Assembly (NCBI RefSeq): GCF_009914755.1
Contig: NC_060939.1
Length of the DNA: 64,000 bases
Strand: one strand, 5' to 3'
DNA from: the human T2T-CHM13v2.0 reference genome, Homo sapiens
The stretch's first letter is position 1, and each line of letters starts with the position of its first letter. Position numbers and translations under genes: made by a program. This document shows, piece by piece, positions 13,265-25,350 of the stretch. The notes under the pieces are model-generated. The model searched no databases. It saw only the letters and a list, made by a program, of their open reading frames with translations, and was not told the DNA's origin.

Positions 13265-14024
13265 TGATTTTTAAGGGGAGGCCGCTGTGGTGTCCTCTCT
13301 TTTCTGAGTGCCTCATGGGCTGGGGTCACTGGGTGTTTTCCCAAGCATACCCGCTGGCTCCGTGTAAGCCCCTAGACTCTGTTTATTGCTTGAAAAGCAA
13401 CTGTGAGGGAGTTATGGGGCACCTGGCCCTTTTATACCCTCCTGCTCTGTGAGAGGGGCTGCGGGTACCACGACTATCACTGTTATCGTATTTTTCTCCT
13501 TTGCTAACAGCTATTCTGCGATTCTGCTTTTTCTTCATTCTGATCTAATTTGATTGGAGTATTAATATGCTCAGCAAAAATACACTCACTTTTCCTGCCT
13601 CTCTGGCAGCTCGTTGGCCACGTGGTCCAGATCCGGGGATGAGATCAGGTGATAAGCTCGGCTGGAGCAGCCCTTTGCCCACTGTCCCCCTCCATCCTGC
13701 CTGAAAAGTGTCCAGTTCTGCACTTGTCAGCTGCTCCGTGGCAGAGCGGGACCTGCCCTCATCCGAGGGCACAACCAGTGGTTGTGTTTCCCGAGAAGAA
13801 AGAGTCTTCCCTCTAGATGAATTCAGCTTCTGGCCAAAAGGATAGTACTTTTCTGGCTTCTCACTTCTGGACTTTGTATTTCCAGGGCTCCTAGGACTGA
13901 GAGCCTCCCCGGACACACACAATTGCTGAAGGTCCTTCTAACTGCTCAGATTAGGCCTCCTTAAGTCTTCTGAGGTTGGGGGCACAGAGCTCCGGGACAT
14001 GCTCCATGAACAGGGGACACCCTT

Positions 14025-14350
14025 CTTTGATTCATTCTTTCCTTCAGCAAATGCCTCTGGCCCAGGCAAGTTTCAATGCATGAACAAGGCAGTGTGCATG
14101 CTCATGGAAAAGCAAAATAGTAAACACACAAGCAAACACAGACATAGCGATTTCAGGTCATAACAGTGAGGTGAAGACAAACAGTAGTGGGATGGAGTGG
14201 CCCTCTTAGCTCGTGTGGTCAGGCAAGGCATCGTGCCTTGTGATAGGTGACCAGGGACCCTATCAGAGTGAGGTGGTGAGCAATTTGAAAGTTTAAGGGG
14301 AAGACATCGGGCAGTGGAGACCAAGTCCTTAGGCCCAGAAGCAGAAAGCA
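14025..14350 (-). mobile_element. L2 3' fragment
   Basis: ttcattc...cagcaaat, then tgaacaagg...gctcatgga...gtggtcaggcaaggc, typical of the reverse L2 3' end. Confidence 0.6.
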
Positions 14351-14403
14351 AATAGTAGTAAATGCATTGTGTAATACGCTGGACATTATTTTTAGTGGCT
14401 TAA

Positions 14404-14722
<319 letters not shown>

Positions 14723-14734
14723 TAGTGGTTTCAA

Positions 14735-14855
14735 TATTTTACCTATTTAATCCTCATAGAACCCTAAGAAATGGTACCATTTTAATCCCCATTTTATAAA
14801 GGAAGAAACTACAAACCGGAGAGGCTAGGTCATTTGCCCAAGGCCACACAGCAAA
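14735..14855 (-). mobile_element. MIR SINE
   Basis: tttaatcctca...ccccattttataaaggaagaaact...ttgcccaaggccacacagc. Confidence 0.8.
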
Positions 14856-14891
14856 ACAACAAGCTATCACTTTTTTAATTTCATAGATCCT

Positions 14892-15185
14892 ACCACATGC
14901 AGTGGCTTATGCCTATAGTCCCAGCAACCTGGGAGGCTGAGGCAGGAGGATCACTTGAGGCCAGGAGTTTGGGAGCAGCCTGGGCAACATAGCAAGACCA
15001 CATTTCTACAATTTTTTTTTTAATGAGTCAGGCATGGTGGCATGCAACTGTAGTCCCAGCTAATCGGCAGGCTGAGACAGGAATATCATTTCAGCCCCGG
15101 ACTTCGAGGTTGCAGTGAGCCACGATTGCACCCATGTACTCCAGCAAGAACAACAGAGTGATACCCCGACTCTATAAAAACAAAA
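14892..15185 (+). mobile_element. AluJ
   Basis: ggaggatcacttgaggccaggagttt and gggcaacatagcaagacc are J-type diagnostics; highly diverged. Confidence 0.9.
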
Positions 15186-15423
15186 TGAGCTATCATTCTT
15201 TGTTTCACGGGTCCAAATACTGGATTCTGGGGTAATAAACATTCAGTCCTTCCTCTAAAATCGTAAGAACATAGCTCAGCCTTTTATGTCAAGGAAAATC
15301 ATATCCCACTGTTATCTCCCTGGGAGCACGGTGATGAGATCAGTCCTATCTTGCCACAATTCCAAATATTGGATGCCAACCAACAAAACATAAGTCCATT
15401 ATTTAACCCTATTAAAACCTCTC

Positions 15424-15723
<300 letters not shown>

Positions 15724-15825
15724 TCCCCTCAACTATGTGGGCTGATTGGGTGGGCAACTATCTGGGAATTTAAAAAGTCTGAATCCTGGAATTTGTTGAG
15801 AGTGCAACTTTTTTGCCTTTTAAAA

Positions 15826-16403
15826 GAACAATTTTATTGTGGTATAATTCACATAACATTCAATTTACCCATTGAAAGTGCACAATCCAGTGGCTTTTAG
15901 TCTATTCACGGAATTGTACATCCATCACCAAATTAGAGAACATTCCATCACTACAAAAACAAACCTCATAGCCATTAGCAGTCACTCCTCATTCCTCTCT
16001 GCCCCCAGCCTTAGGAAACTATGAATTGTTTTTTATTTCTATGGATTTGCCTATTCTGGGCATTTTACATAATTGGAATCATACAATATTGATCATTCTG
16101 TGTCTGGCTTCCTTCACTTGCCATCGTGCTTTCAAGGCCCATTCATGCTGCAGGATGTATTGGTACTTCGTTCCTTCTTACTGCCAAATAACACTGCATG
16201 ATATGGATGGACCCTATTTCATTTCTTCATTCATCATCGGGTGGCGTCTAGGTTGCTTCCACTTTTCGCTGTTGTGAACAGTGCTGCTGTGAGCATTCAC
16301 GAACAGGTTTCTGGGTGGACGTCTATTCTCATTTGTCTCGGGTATATCCCAGGAGTGGGATTGCTGGGCACATGGTAACTCCACGTTTAACCGACGGAGG
16401 AAC
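15826..16403 (-). mobile_element. L1MB 3' end
   Basis: ttttattgtggtataattcacata...tctatggatttgcctattctgg...ggagtgggattgctggg, typical of the reverse L1MB7/8 3' UTR. Confidence 0.9.
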
Positions 16404-16488
16404 TAGGATGCAGCTTCATATTCTCAAGACATTTCCTGCCAACTACTGCACTTACACCTGGGCAGTGCCCTTGACACCAGCCAGGAGA

Positions 16489-16873
16489 GGGCGGGGCATT
16501 ACGTCACACAAAAATTGGTTGGCTTTCCCTGGCCACCTCCTTTAGATGGTCAGAAACATCTTTATTTACTAGCAAATTAGTGGGGATGACAGGCTCTAAT
16601 TCAGGTCACTGTATTGCTGGAAAGTATTTTGAAGGGCTGGCATCGTTTTGCCTCCTTTTGAAGTAGTAAGCCTACACACACACACAGAGCACCTCTGGGA
16701 ATTCAGACCCTTGGAATGAACTATGTGGCTTATTCTTGGTGAGAGGAGAGAGTCAGATGGATGTAAGTAGATTTCTTCCTTCATAAGCAAAGCCTACGTA
16801 GCATCGCGTCCACTTCCCAGGGGCCAGGCCGGTCGGCCTGAGTCAACCCAGGGTGCAGCCACCCGCGGTAAGT
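16489..16873 (+). promoter_or_regulatory. Candidate promoter/enhancer: GC box, CRE-like, CCAAT, ETS, AP-1, then a splice donor
   Basis: GGGCGGGGC 16489-16497; TTACGTCA 16499-16506; ATTGG 16514-16518; CACTTCC 16811-16817; TGAGTCA 16839-16845; GCG|GTAAGT at 16867/16868; locally raised CpG. Confidence 0.4.
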
Positions 16874-18794
16874 TCTGGTTGTGGGCACAGGGTTGCTTCA
16901 GAGCCAGGAAAGATCCAGAACAGGCTAGACAGGCCCTGCCTCCTCCCCACCCCCACCCCAGAGGTCCTGCAAACACGTGTGTCCTGTCCATCTGCAGGGA
17001 GCGGGGGCCGAGGCCCCTCGGAGGAAGTGGGCCGGGCCTGGCCAGGTGCTCGCCCTCTCCCGAGTCAGGGCTGCACTTAGATGACGGCAGACTTCCAGGT
17101 GGGAAGTGCAACATCCTGGCGTCTTAGGGGCCCGTCCAAAGATCCAGATGTTTGGCGCCAACAACCCCCAAACCCGGGTGATTGAATCTGACACTTTTTT
17201 ATAGAGTGTAGGCACAGCTGGCCAGAGGAAGCTTGTCTGTATCCATTTCTTCTCTCCCAGCTCCAGTGCGCTCCCGAGTTCTGATTCCAGGCAACTTTTG
17301 GCAGCTCATTTTTTTATTCTTACGCTGGGAAAAACTCAAGAGTCCCCACCTCCCATTTCTATAAGAAGGGACGCTGGGGGTCTGGCCTATTTGATGGAGA
17401 GGTGGGAAGGGGATGTGGATGAAATTAGTGCTGTAGGAGACGGGGGTCCTGCATTGGATGGGTCTCAGCGACAGAATCTTTGTGGCCACTCTTATTTCTA
17501 GGTTTCTAGGACCATAATCCAAGTTCCACAGAACCCCCAAGAGGCCCAGAGGCAATGCCTTAGGAGGCCTCAGAGAGGGAGAGAGACCAGGAGAACATGA
17601 ATCTCCTTTTTTCCAAATCATTCTTCTCCCAGCACCCCAGCATCCCTGGGGTCCCCAGTCTGGCCCCATAGGCAAACCACCTGTCGCTCCTGGGACACAC
17701 CTTGCACTCTCCACCTCTGCAGCTCTCCTCTTCTTCCTCGCTGCTGACCTGTGGATCTTCATCATCTTTCTCAGCTCCAGTGCTCCTTCCTTCCTGCAGC
17801 CTTCTGGGAGCACCCCAGTAGACTAATTGCCTTCTCTTCCCCAAGCCCATGGACTAGGATGCATTTCTGTGGCGCACTTCAGCTAGCAAGTCTTCCCACA
17901 GACAGGGATGGCCAATCACCTCTGCAGCTTCCCCAGCCCAGGGCCCTGGACGTGACAGCCACACTTGCTCAGCGGAAGTTCGTTGACATGAAGTGAAATG
18001 CAAGGGGAATCTGTTGGGGGGTGAAGAAAGAGCCAATCTGGAGCCACCCGATAGGGCAAATGCCTCGAGACGGACACCTGTAGTTTGGGGGCCCTTAGAC
18101 CTGCCTCCCCTGACGTGTTTAAAAAATCATTACATTGCCAACTGTAAGAATTAGGAGATCGCACTTAGGAATCCAGGTATTCAGCTTTTGGCAATAAATA
18201 AGTAAATAAATGAATCCCAGCAAGAGAAACCAGAGATGATCAAGGCCCGCCCACGAGCCAAGGCCCCATCCTGACAACTCAGTTGAGCGTGTGAGTTTCT
18301 GGCCTGCACCCGGTGGGTACCGAGTTGGGCATGCCCTATGCCAGTAGGTGCTGAGGAGAAGGCAGTTGCCTTGGGAATGGGCAGAAGGACAGGAATCTTT
18401 CCCAAATTTTACTTCAGGCCTGACTAGGATTTTAAGTCCACACCCGAGAGCTGCCCTTTACCTTCCTACCATGAAGCGCCTTCTGAAGAGGGTGACAGGC
18501 CATCCCCTCTGCCTGGCGTGCCCACATTCAGGTTCTCCCTCAGCCGGCAGCAGACCTGCCCTCAGGAACTCTGTGTAGCATTTCTGGGATGTTCTCCTGC
18601 TTTCCAGAAAACCAGAGTGGGTTGCCTGCAGGAGTCCCCACAGGCATGCGTGGAAGTGGTGACCGTCCCCAACCATCCCCTCCACAGAAGAGAGGCTCAT
18701 GCCTTCGGTTTCTATTTCCTGTCAATTTGTGTCCATACCAGTCTGTTTAAGGATAAACTTAATTTATGTTAGTTTAAAAACATAAATAATGCTT

Positions 18795-18940
18795 GGGCTG
18801 ATGAATGCGCTCACTATCTTGACCATGGTGATGGTTTCCTGGGGGTCTACCTATGTCAAAGCTACCAAATTGTACACTTCAGATAGGCACGGCTTGTTCT
18901 ATGTCAATTATACCTCAGTAAGGCTGTTTAAAAAATAAAG
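18795..18940 (+). mobile_element. L1M 3' terminal fragment
   Basis: tatcttgaccatggtgatggtttc...caaattgtacacttc...tatgtcaattatacctcagtaaggctg followed by an A-tail. Confidence 0.8.
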
Positions 18941-19831
18941 GCAAGAGCCACCGTTTGAATTTAGTGAAAAGGTGGATGTGGAAGTGTCCACACAGAACCA
19001 TGAACCTCATTTAGCCAGTGATTCTGTGTGGATGGTGTGATTGGCGTTTGGGAGAGCAGGTCAGTAGTGACGGGCCAGGGCAGGGCCCAGAGTACAGGGA
19101 CCAGGCGGGTCCAGGTGCCCCCAGGAAACCCCATCTTTCTCTCTTGGCACATCCCTCTCCCCCGGGCCCTTCCAGGGCTTCTTTCTCACCTTTGTTTTGT
19201 CCAGGGATCTTCCAGTCCCTGGTGGGTGTCAACAGCTCCCAGCTGAAGAAGCAACACCTGGGGAGATCCTGCATCCCAGAGGCCTCTCTCTGGAAGCAAA
19301 AGGCGTGGGGAGAAACACCCACACCCCTCCTTTCCTCCTCTGTGCAGCCCCTCTGTCCTCTGAGAGAGGACTGCTGGGAGTGGCCACTCACCACTGCAGC
19401 TGTTCCCAGGGGTTCTCAGGGATCTGTTTCTGTCTTTGCTGAAGCCCACAGTGCACACATCAGTAACAGCATCTACCAAATAACTTATCTAAAGAGATAG
19501 AGGAAAGCAACTCTCAAGCTAGTAACAAAAGGTCACCTCTGTAGGGCAATCTCTGTCTGCCCTGCCCCTGCCCATTCAGCCCCTCTGATGGGCCAGGCAC
19601 TGCACCAGCCCAGGGGATTGCTGTGCTGGGAAGGCCTCTCCATTCTGGTCACAGTGGCAGCCTGGGATCCCTGCTCTCCATCTCCCTAATGAACTGTGAC
19701 TCTCCTGGAAAGCATCTGTTTTCACGAAACGTAACCACGGAGGAGTGGGCGAATGGAGAGGGGAGGCCAGAGGAGCTCCCTGGGAAGGCGCAGGCAGTGC
19801 CCTCAAGGCAGGTTCACCCTTTCTGCAGCCA

Positions 19832-20010
19832 GGGCTGCAAGGAGGGACAGGCAGGACTCGGGCTGCGAGGAGGGACAGGCAGGACTCGGGCTGCAAGGAG
19901 GGACAGGCAGGACTCGGGCTGCAAGGAGGGACAGGCAGGACTCGGGCTGCAAGGAGGGACAGGCAGGACTCGGGCTGCAAGGAGGGACAGGCAGGACTCG
20001 GGCTGCAAGG
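19832..20010. repeat. 28-bp minisatellite, 6 units plus 11 bp
   Basis: gggctgcaaggagggacaggcaggactc repeated, with one substitution in unit 2. Confidence 0.97.
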
Positions 20011-20389
20011 CATACTGAGGCCTCCAAGGGCCAGAGGGAGCTGACCCGCTTGCTCACCCTGGCTGGGGGCCACACCCTGGCACATCCCACAGCATTCCAT
20101 ATCATGGGGGTGGTTACCCTGCTGTTCCCTGGAGCTGGTCCCCTCTTAGGCATGGTGTGCTATGAGCAGGGCCTGGGACCCTCCTCAGGGGTCCTGGCTT
20201 TGTGAGGGAGAAAAAAAAATGTGTCTTCTACCTTCTTATGTTCAGTGACTGAGGTCCTGCAAATTAAACTGACAAAAGGCAATTAACAAGAGAAAAGAAC
20301 AGATTTAATTATATACATATGCGTGGGCATTCACAAAGAAATGTGACTCTCTGAGGTGGTTAGCATTTGGAGCCTGTGTAACATCTTAA

Positions 20390-20710
<321 letters not shown>

Positions 20711-20918
20711 TTGTGGAGACATGACAAGACAAAGGAAAAATGTTTTGAGCTTCTAGGGATGGCAAATGTGGAAAGGGATACATACGGGGGAAATAATGGA
20801 AGATAAGGGTTGTTAAAGGTTATGACTATTCAGGTTGGTGCCATCTCCGGTGATGAGTTGTGGCTTCTTTCTGGTACAGGAGAGGGGAGGAGGAATCCTT
20901 CACAAAAATGAATTTCTG

Positions 20919-21214
20919 GGCCAGGCACCGTGGCTCATGCCTGTAATCCCAGCACTTTGGGAGGCCGAGGCAGGTGTTGAAGGAGGAAGTCAGGAGTTCA
21001 AGACCAGCCTGGCCAACACGGCGAAACCCCGTCTCTACTAAAAATACAAAAATTAGCCGAGTGCGGTGGTGCATGCTTGTCATCCCAGCTACTTGGGGAT
21101 CTGAGGCATGAGGATCTCTTGAACCGAGGAGGCTGAAATTGCAGTGAGCCAAGATTGCTCCACTGCACTCCAGCCTGGGTGACAGAGTGAGACTCTGTCT
21201 CAAAAAAAAAAAAA
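20919..21214 (+). mobile_element. AluS nested in the LTR
   Basis: Full dimer; degenerate TSD aaaatgaatttctg / aagataaatttctg. Confidence 0.93.
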
Positions 21215-21439
21215 GATAAATTTCTGCCCTCCCTTGAGGCAGATGGGAGCATGGGGAGTAGAGAGCTTTTTCTGCATCTGGCTGTTTCTCAGTTGCCTTC
21301 AGCTCAAAATAATCCTTATGTCAAAGCGGCATCCTTTGGGGTGGCATATTCTGATGCTTTCACACTCCTGCCTCCGTGCCTGTGATCTCCTCATCATTCT
21401 GCCTTTGCTCCAGAAAGCCGTGCATGATGGTGCTGGGAG

Positions 21440-21640
21440 TCTGGCCACAGAGATGAGATTCCCAGCTTTGCCTGTCATCAGGGGTGACATCTCAGCCAAG
21501 GCCAGCCCCCTTCCTAGGCCTCGGTTTCCTCTTCTGTAAAGCAGAGAGGAACACGGTGCCTACCTCCTGGCGGGCAGTTACGAGCACTCCACAACAAGAT
21601 AAGGTGAAGTAACAGCCTGTGTGCACCAGGTTCTCCTTAC
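21440..21640 (+). mobile_element. MIR SINE
   Basis: ggcctcggtttcctcttctgtaaagcag...gtgcctacctc core. Confidence 0.65.
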
Positions 21641-21699
21641 ATACTAGCTAGATGCATGACAGAAAGCTACATTACAGAAAGGGACAATGATGTTCACAG

Positions 21700-21880
21700 T
21701 GACTTCTGAGCCAGGTAGCACATCACTCCCAAACACTGCCGTGGATATTCTCTCACTGAATCCTTATAATTATGTTCTTTTATGGATGAGAACAGGAGAG
21801 CTTAGAGACATTTGCTGCCTGGCCCAGGTCCCATAGCCCACGCCATGGCTCAGACTCCCAATCCCACGCTGCCTCAGACC
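21700..21880 (-). mobile_element. MIR SINE
   Basis: tctcactgaatcctta...tttatggatgagaacagg...ggcccaggtcccatagc. Confidence 0.6.
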
Positions 21881-22649
21881 CGGGCTACCCTGCCCTGGCT
21901 CACTGAGATGGTGAGTCCTGCTGTTCCTTGGATGGTGCCTGCAAGCCCCAGGGAGGTGTGGACGGAGGGGAGTTTTGCAAAGGGGTGGTGCTGCCCAGAT
22001 CGGGGCTCCATATGGGCAGAGGGAGTTCTGGAAGGTTAGAGATTCCCCAAAAGACAAGCTGAGGAAGGGAGACAGCAGCAAGGCCAGGAGGGAGGCCAAG
22101 GAGGCAAAAGACGACAGGATCAGAAAGAGGCAGGCAGGAGGCCAGGGCAAGCTGCAGCAGAGGGGCAGACTCCGTGAGGTCAGCGCTGCGGGTGCAGGGT
22201 GCAGAGCTCGATGAGACCCGGGATGGCCGCAGCAGAAAGCCTGCGCCCTGGAGAACTGGAGGAGGCCTGGCGCATCCCCACTGCTGGCAGCTCCTTAGAG
22301 GCACTGGCTCAGCAGGAAGAGGAGGCCAGCCAAACACCGGGGCAGGTGGGGTGGGCACACAGGGAGCAGCGGGGAGCCAGATGGGGAGAGGAAAAGAAGC
22401 TGTCCCCAAACATGGGCAGAGCATCCTCACATCTGGTCAGCTACACATGGACGAGGACCTGTGGCTCTCAGGTCTGATGATCCCCAGCTCTGGGGAGGGC
22501 TGGAGCACAGGGGGCTCTCCCACTGCTGGTGAGAAGAGAAGCTGACCGTCTGCAGCACCTGCCAAAGTGAAGAAACTCAGTTCCACCCCCAGGTACTTTT
22601 CTGGCAGGCACTGTGCACAGGTGCACCTGGAGACAGGTAAGAGGATGTT

Positions 22650-23165
22650 TATGGGGCAACCTTCCTAAGAGCCAAAGATCAGAAGCAACCCCGAGTCCAT
22701 CAATAGCAGAAGAGAGAAAACAATGGAAGAGAGAAAACAATGGTTGTGTTCATGTAATGGGCCATGCACGGAACTGCAATAGGAAATGAGCGAAGACCAG
22801 GCAATGAAATAGAAGGATCCCCCAAACACACTGAGCAAAAGAAATCAGGCACTGACGAGGACATGCCCAGTGATCCCAGGGGCAGAAAGAGGCCCAACTC
22901 AACTCTGGTGCTTAAGAACTTGTAAGTAAGTGATAAACATCATTAAAACCAAGTACATGACTGTCACAAAAGTCAACGCAATGGTTTCCTCTTGGGACAG
23001 CTGAAGGATTCCCAATGAGACAGGCTCTTGGGGGCACTCCTGAGTCAAGGCAATTAGCCGTTTCCTATGGCATAGATGTGCTTTCAAATTCTACGTTACG
23101 TGGCAAATATCTGCTATATGAGTTTTCTGTGATGTGTGACCAATCACACTTACACAACAAAGAGG
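22650..23165 (+). mobile_element. Ancient L1ME 3' fragment containing a 17-bp tandem duplication at 22709-22742
   Basis: agccaaagatcagaagcaaccccgagtccatcaatag and ctgagcaaaagaaatcaggcac resemble the L1ME 3' UTR; gaagagagaaaacaatg occurs twice. Confidence 0.55.
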
Positions 23166-24060
23166 GGTGGGGAGTGGAGAAGCAGCCATCACCTCACCTT
23201 TCAGGACCTACAGAAGGAAGGGTTGAATGAAGCCAGCTTCCCTGATCCAGTGATGTAGACAGAGTGAGGAGGAAGGGAAGGGCCTGCCTGGGGCCAGCTG
23301 TGATGTTCAGCATGAGGTGCTACCTGGTGGACATGCCAAGGTGCCACCAACCATCAAGTGGGCCACAGGAAACAGCTGTAAGATCTGTAAGATGCAATTA
23401 TGTCAGGGAAATGGTGACTTCAGAAGGTAGGCAGGCAGGTGGGTGGATCATATTTGCCTATGGATATTGGAAACCTCATTCCACGTGGATATGAGTGACT
23501 GTAGGAAGAGGCCCAGCGTCACAAGCCCCTCGGCCCCGCAGGAGAGCCCAGAGCACCTCAGCTGTAGCTGAGAGCTCCAGAGCTGTAGGTGCCTTGTGCA
23601 CCAGGGCGGTGGGAAGGCTTGGAGGGAGGAGCACCCAAGGTGTCCCTGTTCCAGACCAGGCGGTGTGCAGAGGCCCTGGCAGGGGACGATGCTCACAAGC
23701 CCCTAAGAAGCTGGGCTCAGAGAGGTCAGTGAGTTGCCCCAGGTCCAGGGGCTGCTCACAGGCACTACTGACTTTCAGCTCAGGTTTTCTTGGCCCCAGG
23801 AAGTTGTTCTTCCCACTGTGCCATGTCATGACTCATTCATGGAGTGAATTTCTTGAAATACTTTTAGTTTCAAAAACTAATTCGAAACACCTTTTGTTGT
23901 TGTTGCTCTTGTTTTACTTTGAGGGGGGCGGTTAATGGGCTTTTACATCAATTGAGATTTTGTCTGAAGCCCTAAGTGAAGATCAGTTCTGCATTTGGAC
24001 TTACCTGCCCATTTGCAGATGGTCAGGCCCGTTTCAACCTGAGGAAATCCCTAGATCAAT

Positions 24061-24480
24061 GTGATGTGAGAGTGTGTGTGAGAGTGTGTGAATGTGTGTG
24101 TGTGTCAATGTGTGTGTGTACGTGTGTGAGTGTGTGAATTTGTATGAGTGTGTGTCAATGTGAGTGTGTGTGAGTGTGTGTGAATGTGTATGAGTGTGTG
24201 TGTCAATGTGTGAGTGAGTGTGTATATGTGTGTATGTGTATGTGTGTGTGTATGTGTGAGTGTGTGAATGTGTGTCAATGTGAGTGTGCTTATGTGTGTG
24301 AATGTGTGTGAGTGTGTGTCGTGTGTGTGAGTGTGCGTGTGTATGTGTGTGTGAATGTGTGTGTGAGAGTGTGTGTGCGTGTCAATGTGTGTGAGTGTGT
24401 GGGTGTGGGTGTGTGAGTATGCAGGCGTGTGTGTGTGTGAGCATGCAGGTGTGTGTGAGAGTGTGAGCATACAGGTGTGT
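24061..24480. repeat. Long degenerate (TG)n tract
   Basis: About 420 bp of tgtgtg/tgag/tcaa units. Confidence 0.95.
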
Positions 24481-24537
24481 GCTTGCTGTCCTGAAGTTAG
24501 ATTAGGCAGGGCCGTCTCATCAAGCCTCCAGCACAGC

Positions 24538-24918
24538 TGTTAGGGGCTGAATTGTGTTTCTCCCGAATTCATGCACTGAGGCCCTAAACCCATTCCTCAG
24601 AATGTGACTATTTGGAGACAGGGCCTTTAAAGAGGCAGTTAGGTTAAATTGGGGTCGTTAGGGTGGTCCCTAACATGATCTGACTCGTGTCCTTACAAGA
24701 AAAAGAGATTAGGACACAGACAGGCACAGAGGAAGGATCACATGTGGATATGGAGAGAGGGCGGCCGTCTGCAAGCCCAGGATGGTCTCAGAGAAACCAG
24801 CCCTGCCGACGCCTTGATTTGGGGCTTCCAGCTTCCAGAGCTGTGAGAAAAATCAAGCTGTTACTTAAGCCTCCCATTCTGTGGTGTTTTGCTACGGCAG
24901 CCCGAGCTGGCTGAGACA
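24538..24918 (+). mobile_element. MLT1B-like MaLR solo LTR
   Basis: tgttaggggctgaattgtgt...aatgtgactatttggagacagggcctttaaagagg...ttccagagctgtgagaa...ctgagaca with TG...CA ends. Confidence 0.88.
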
Positions 24919-25209
24919 CCAGTCTCCAGTCCCTCAGGGCTGGGAAGTGGGTGCGTCCCACCTGCCTTCACGTCTTCTCCGGCCCACCCTTCACGAAGAT
25001 TTTGCCCCAGGGAGGAGCCTCACGGGTCACCTGGCCAGATCGCCTCTCTAGACCCAGGTGAGGATCGGCCTGCTCCAGCTCACATGGCCCCTGGTCGACC
25101 TGCTGCCACCCTGGAGGCAGAAGACTTCATGGGACGGGGTGGGGAGCAGACCTGGGTGGGCGTCATGAGCCCACAGAGAAAGATTCTCCATCACAGCTAC
25201 ACAGCAGAG

Positions 25210-25350
25210 TCCTGAAACTCAAAAACATGCCCCTGCCGGGGTCTCCCCAGAGCAATTAAGGCAGAACCATTGAATAGGGCCCAAGCCTATGCGCTCGCTT
25301 TGTAACTTCTCCGGGGACCCTAACGCGCAGCTAGAGCTGCGGCGCCCGCT
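25210..25350. mobile_element. MER5-like DNA transposon remnant
   Basis: ccccagagcaattaaggcagaacc...gggcccaag...tttgtaacttctccggggaccctaacgcgcagctagagctg resembles MER5A. Confidence 0.5.

Noticed and set aside
13545-13922. 125-aa minus-strand ORF ending near a splice donor
   Set aside because: No recognisable protein family and a non-ATG start. Kept only as a possible non-coding exon.
21975-22545. Purine-rich stretch giving E/K/R-rich peptides
   Set aside because: No recognisable homology or clear acceptor; probably compositional bias or a decayed LINE.
23999-24007. acttacctg identical to the U1 snRNA 5' end
   Set aside because: The following sequence does not continue as U1; it is just the reverse complement of a splice donor.
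24105-24470. His/Thr-rich 121-aa ORF
   Set aside because: Translation of the (CA)n-like tract.
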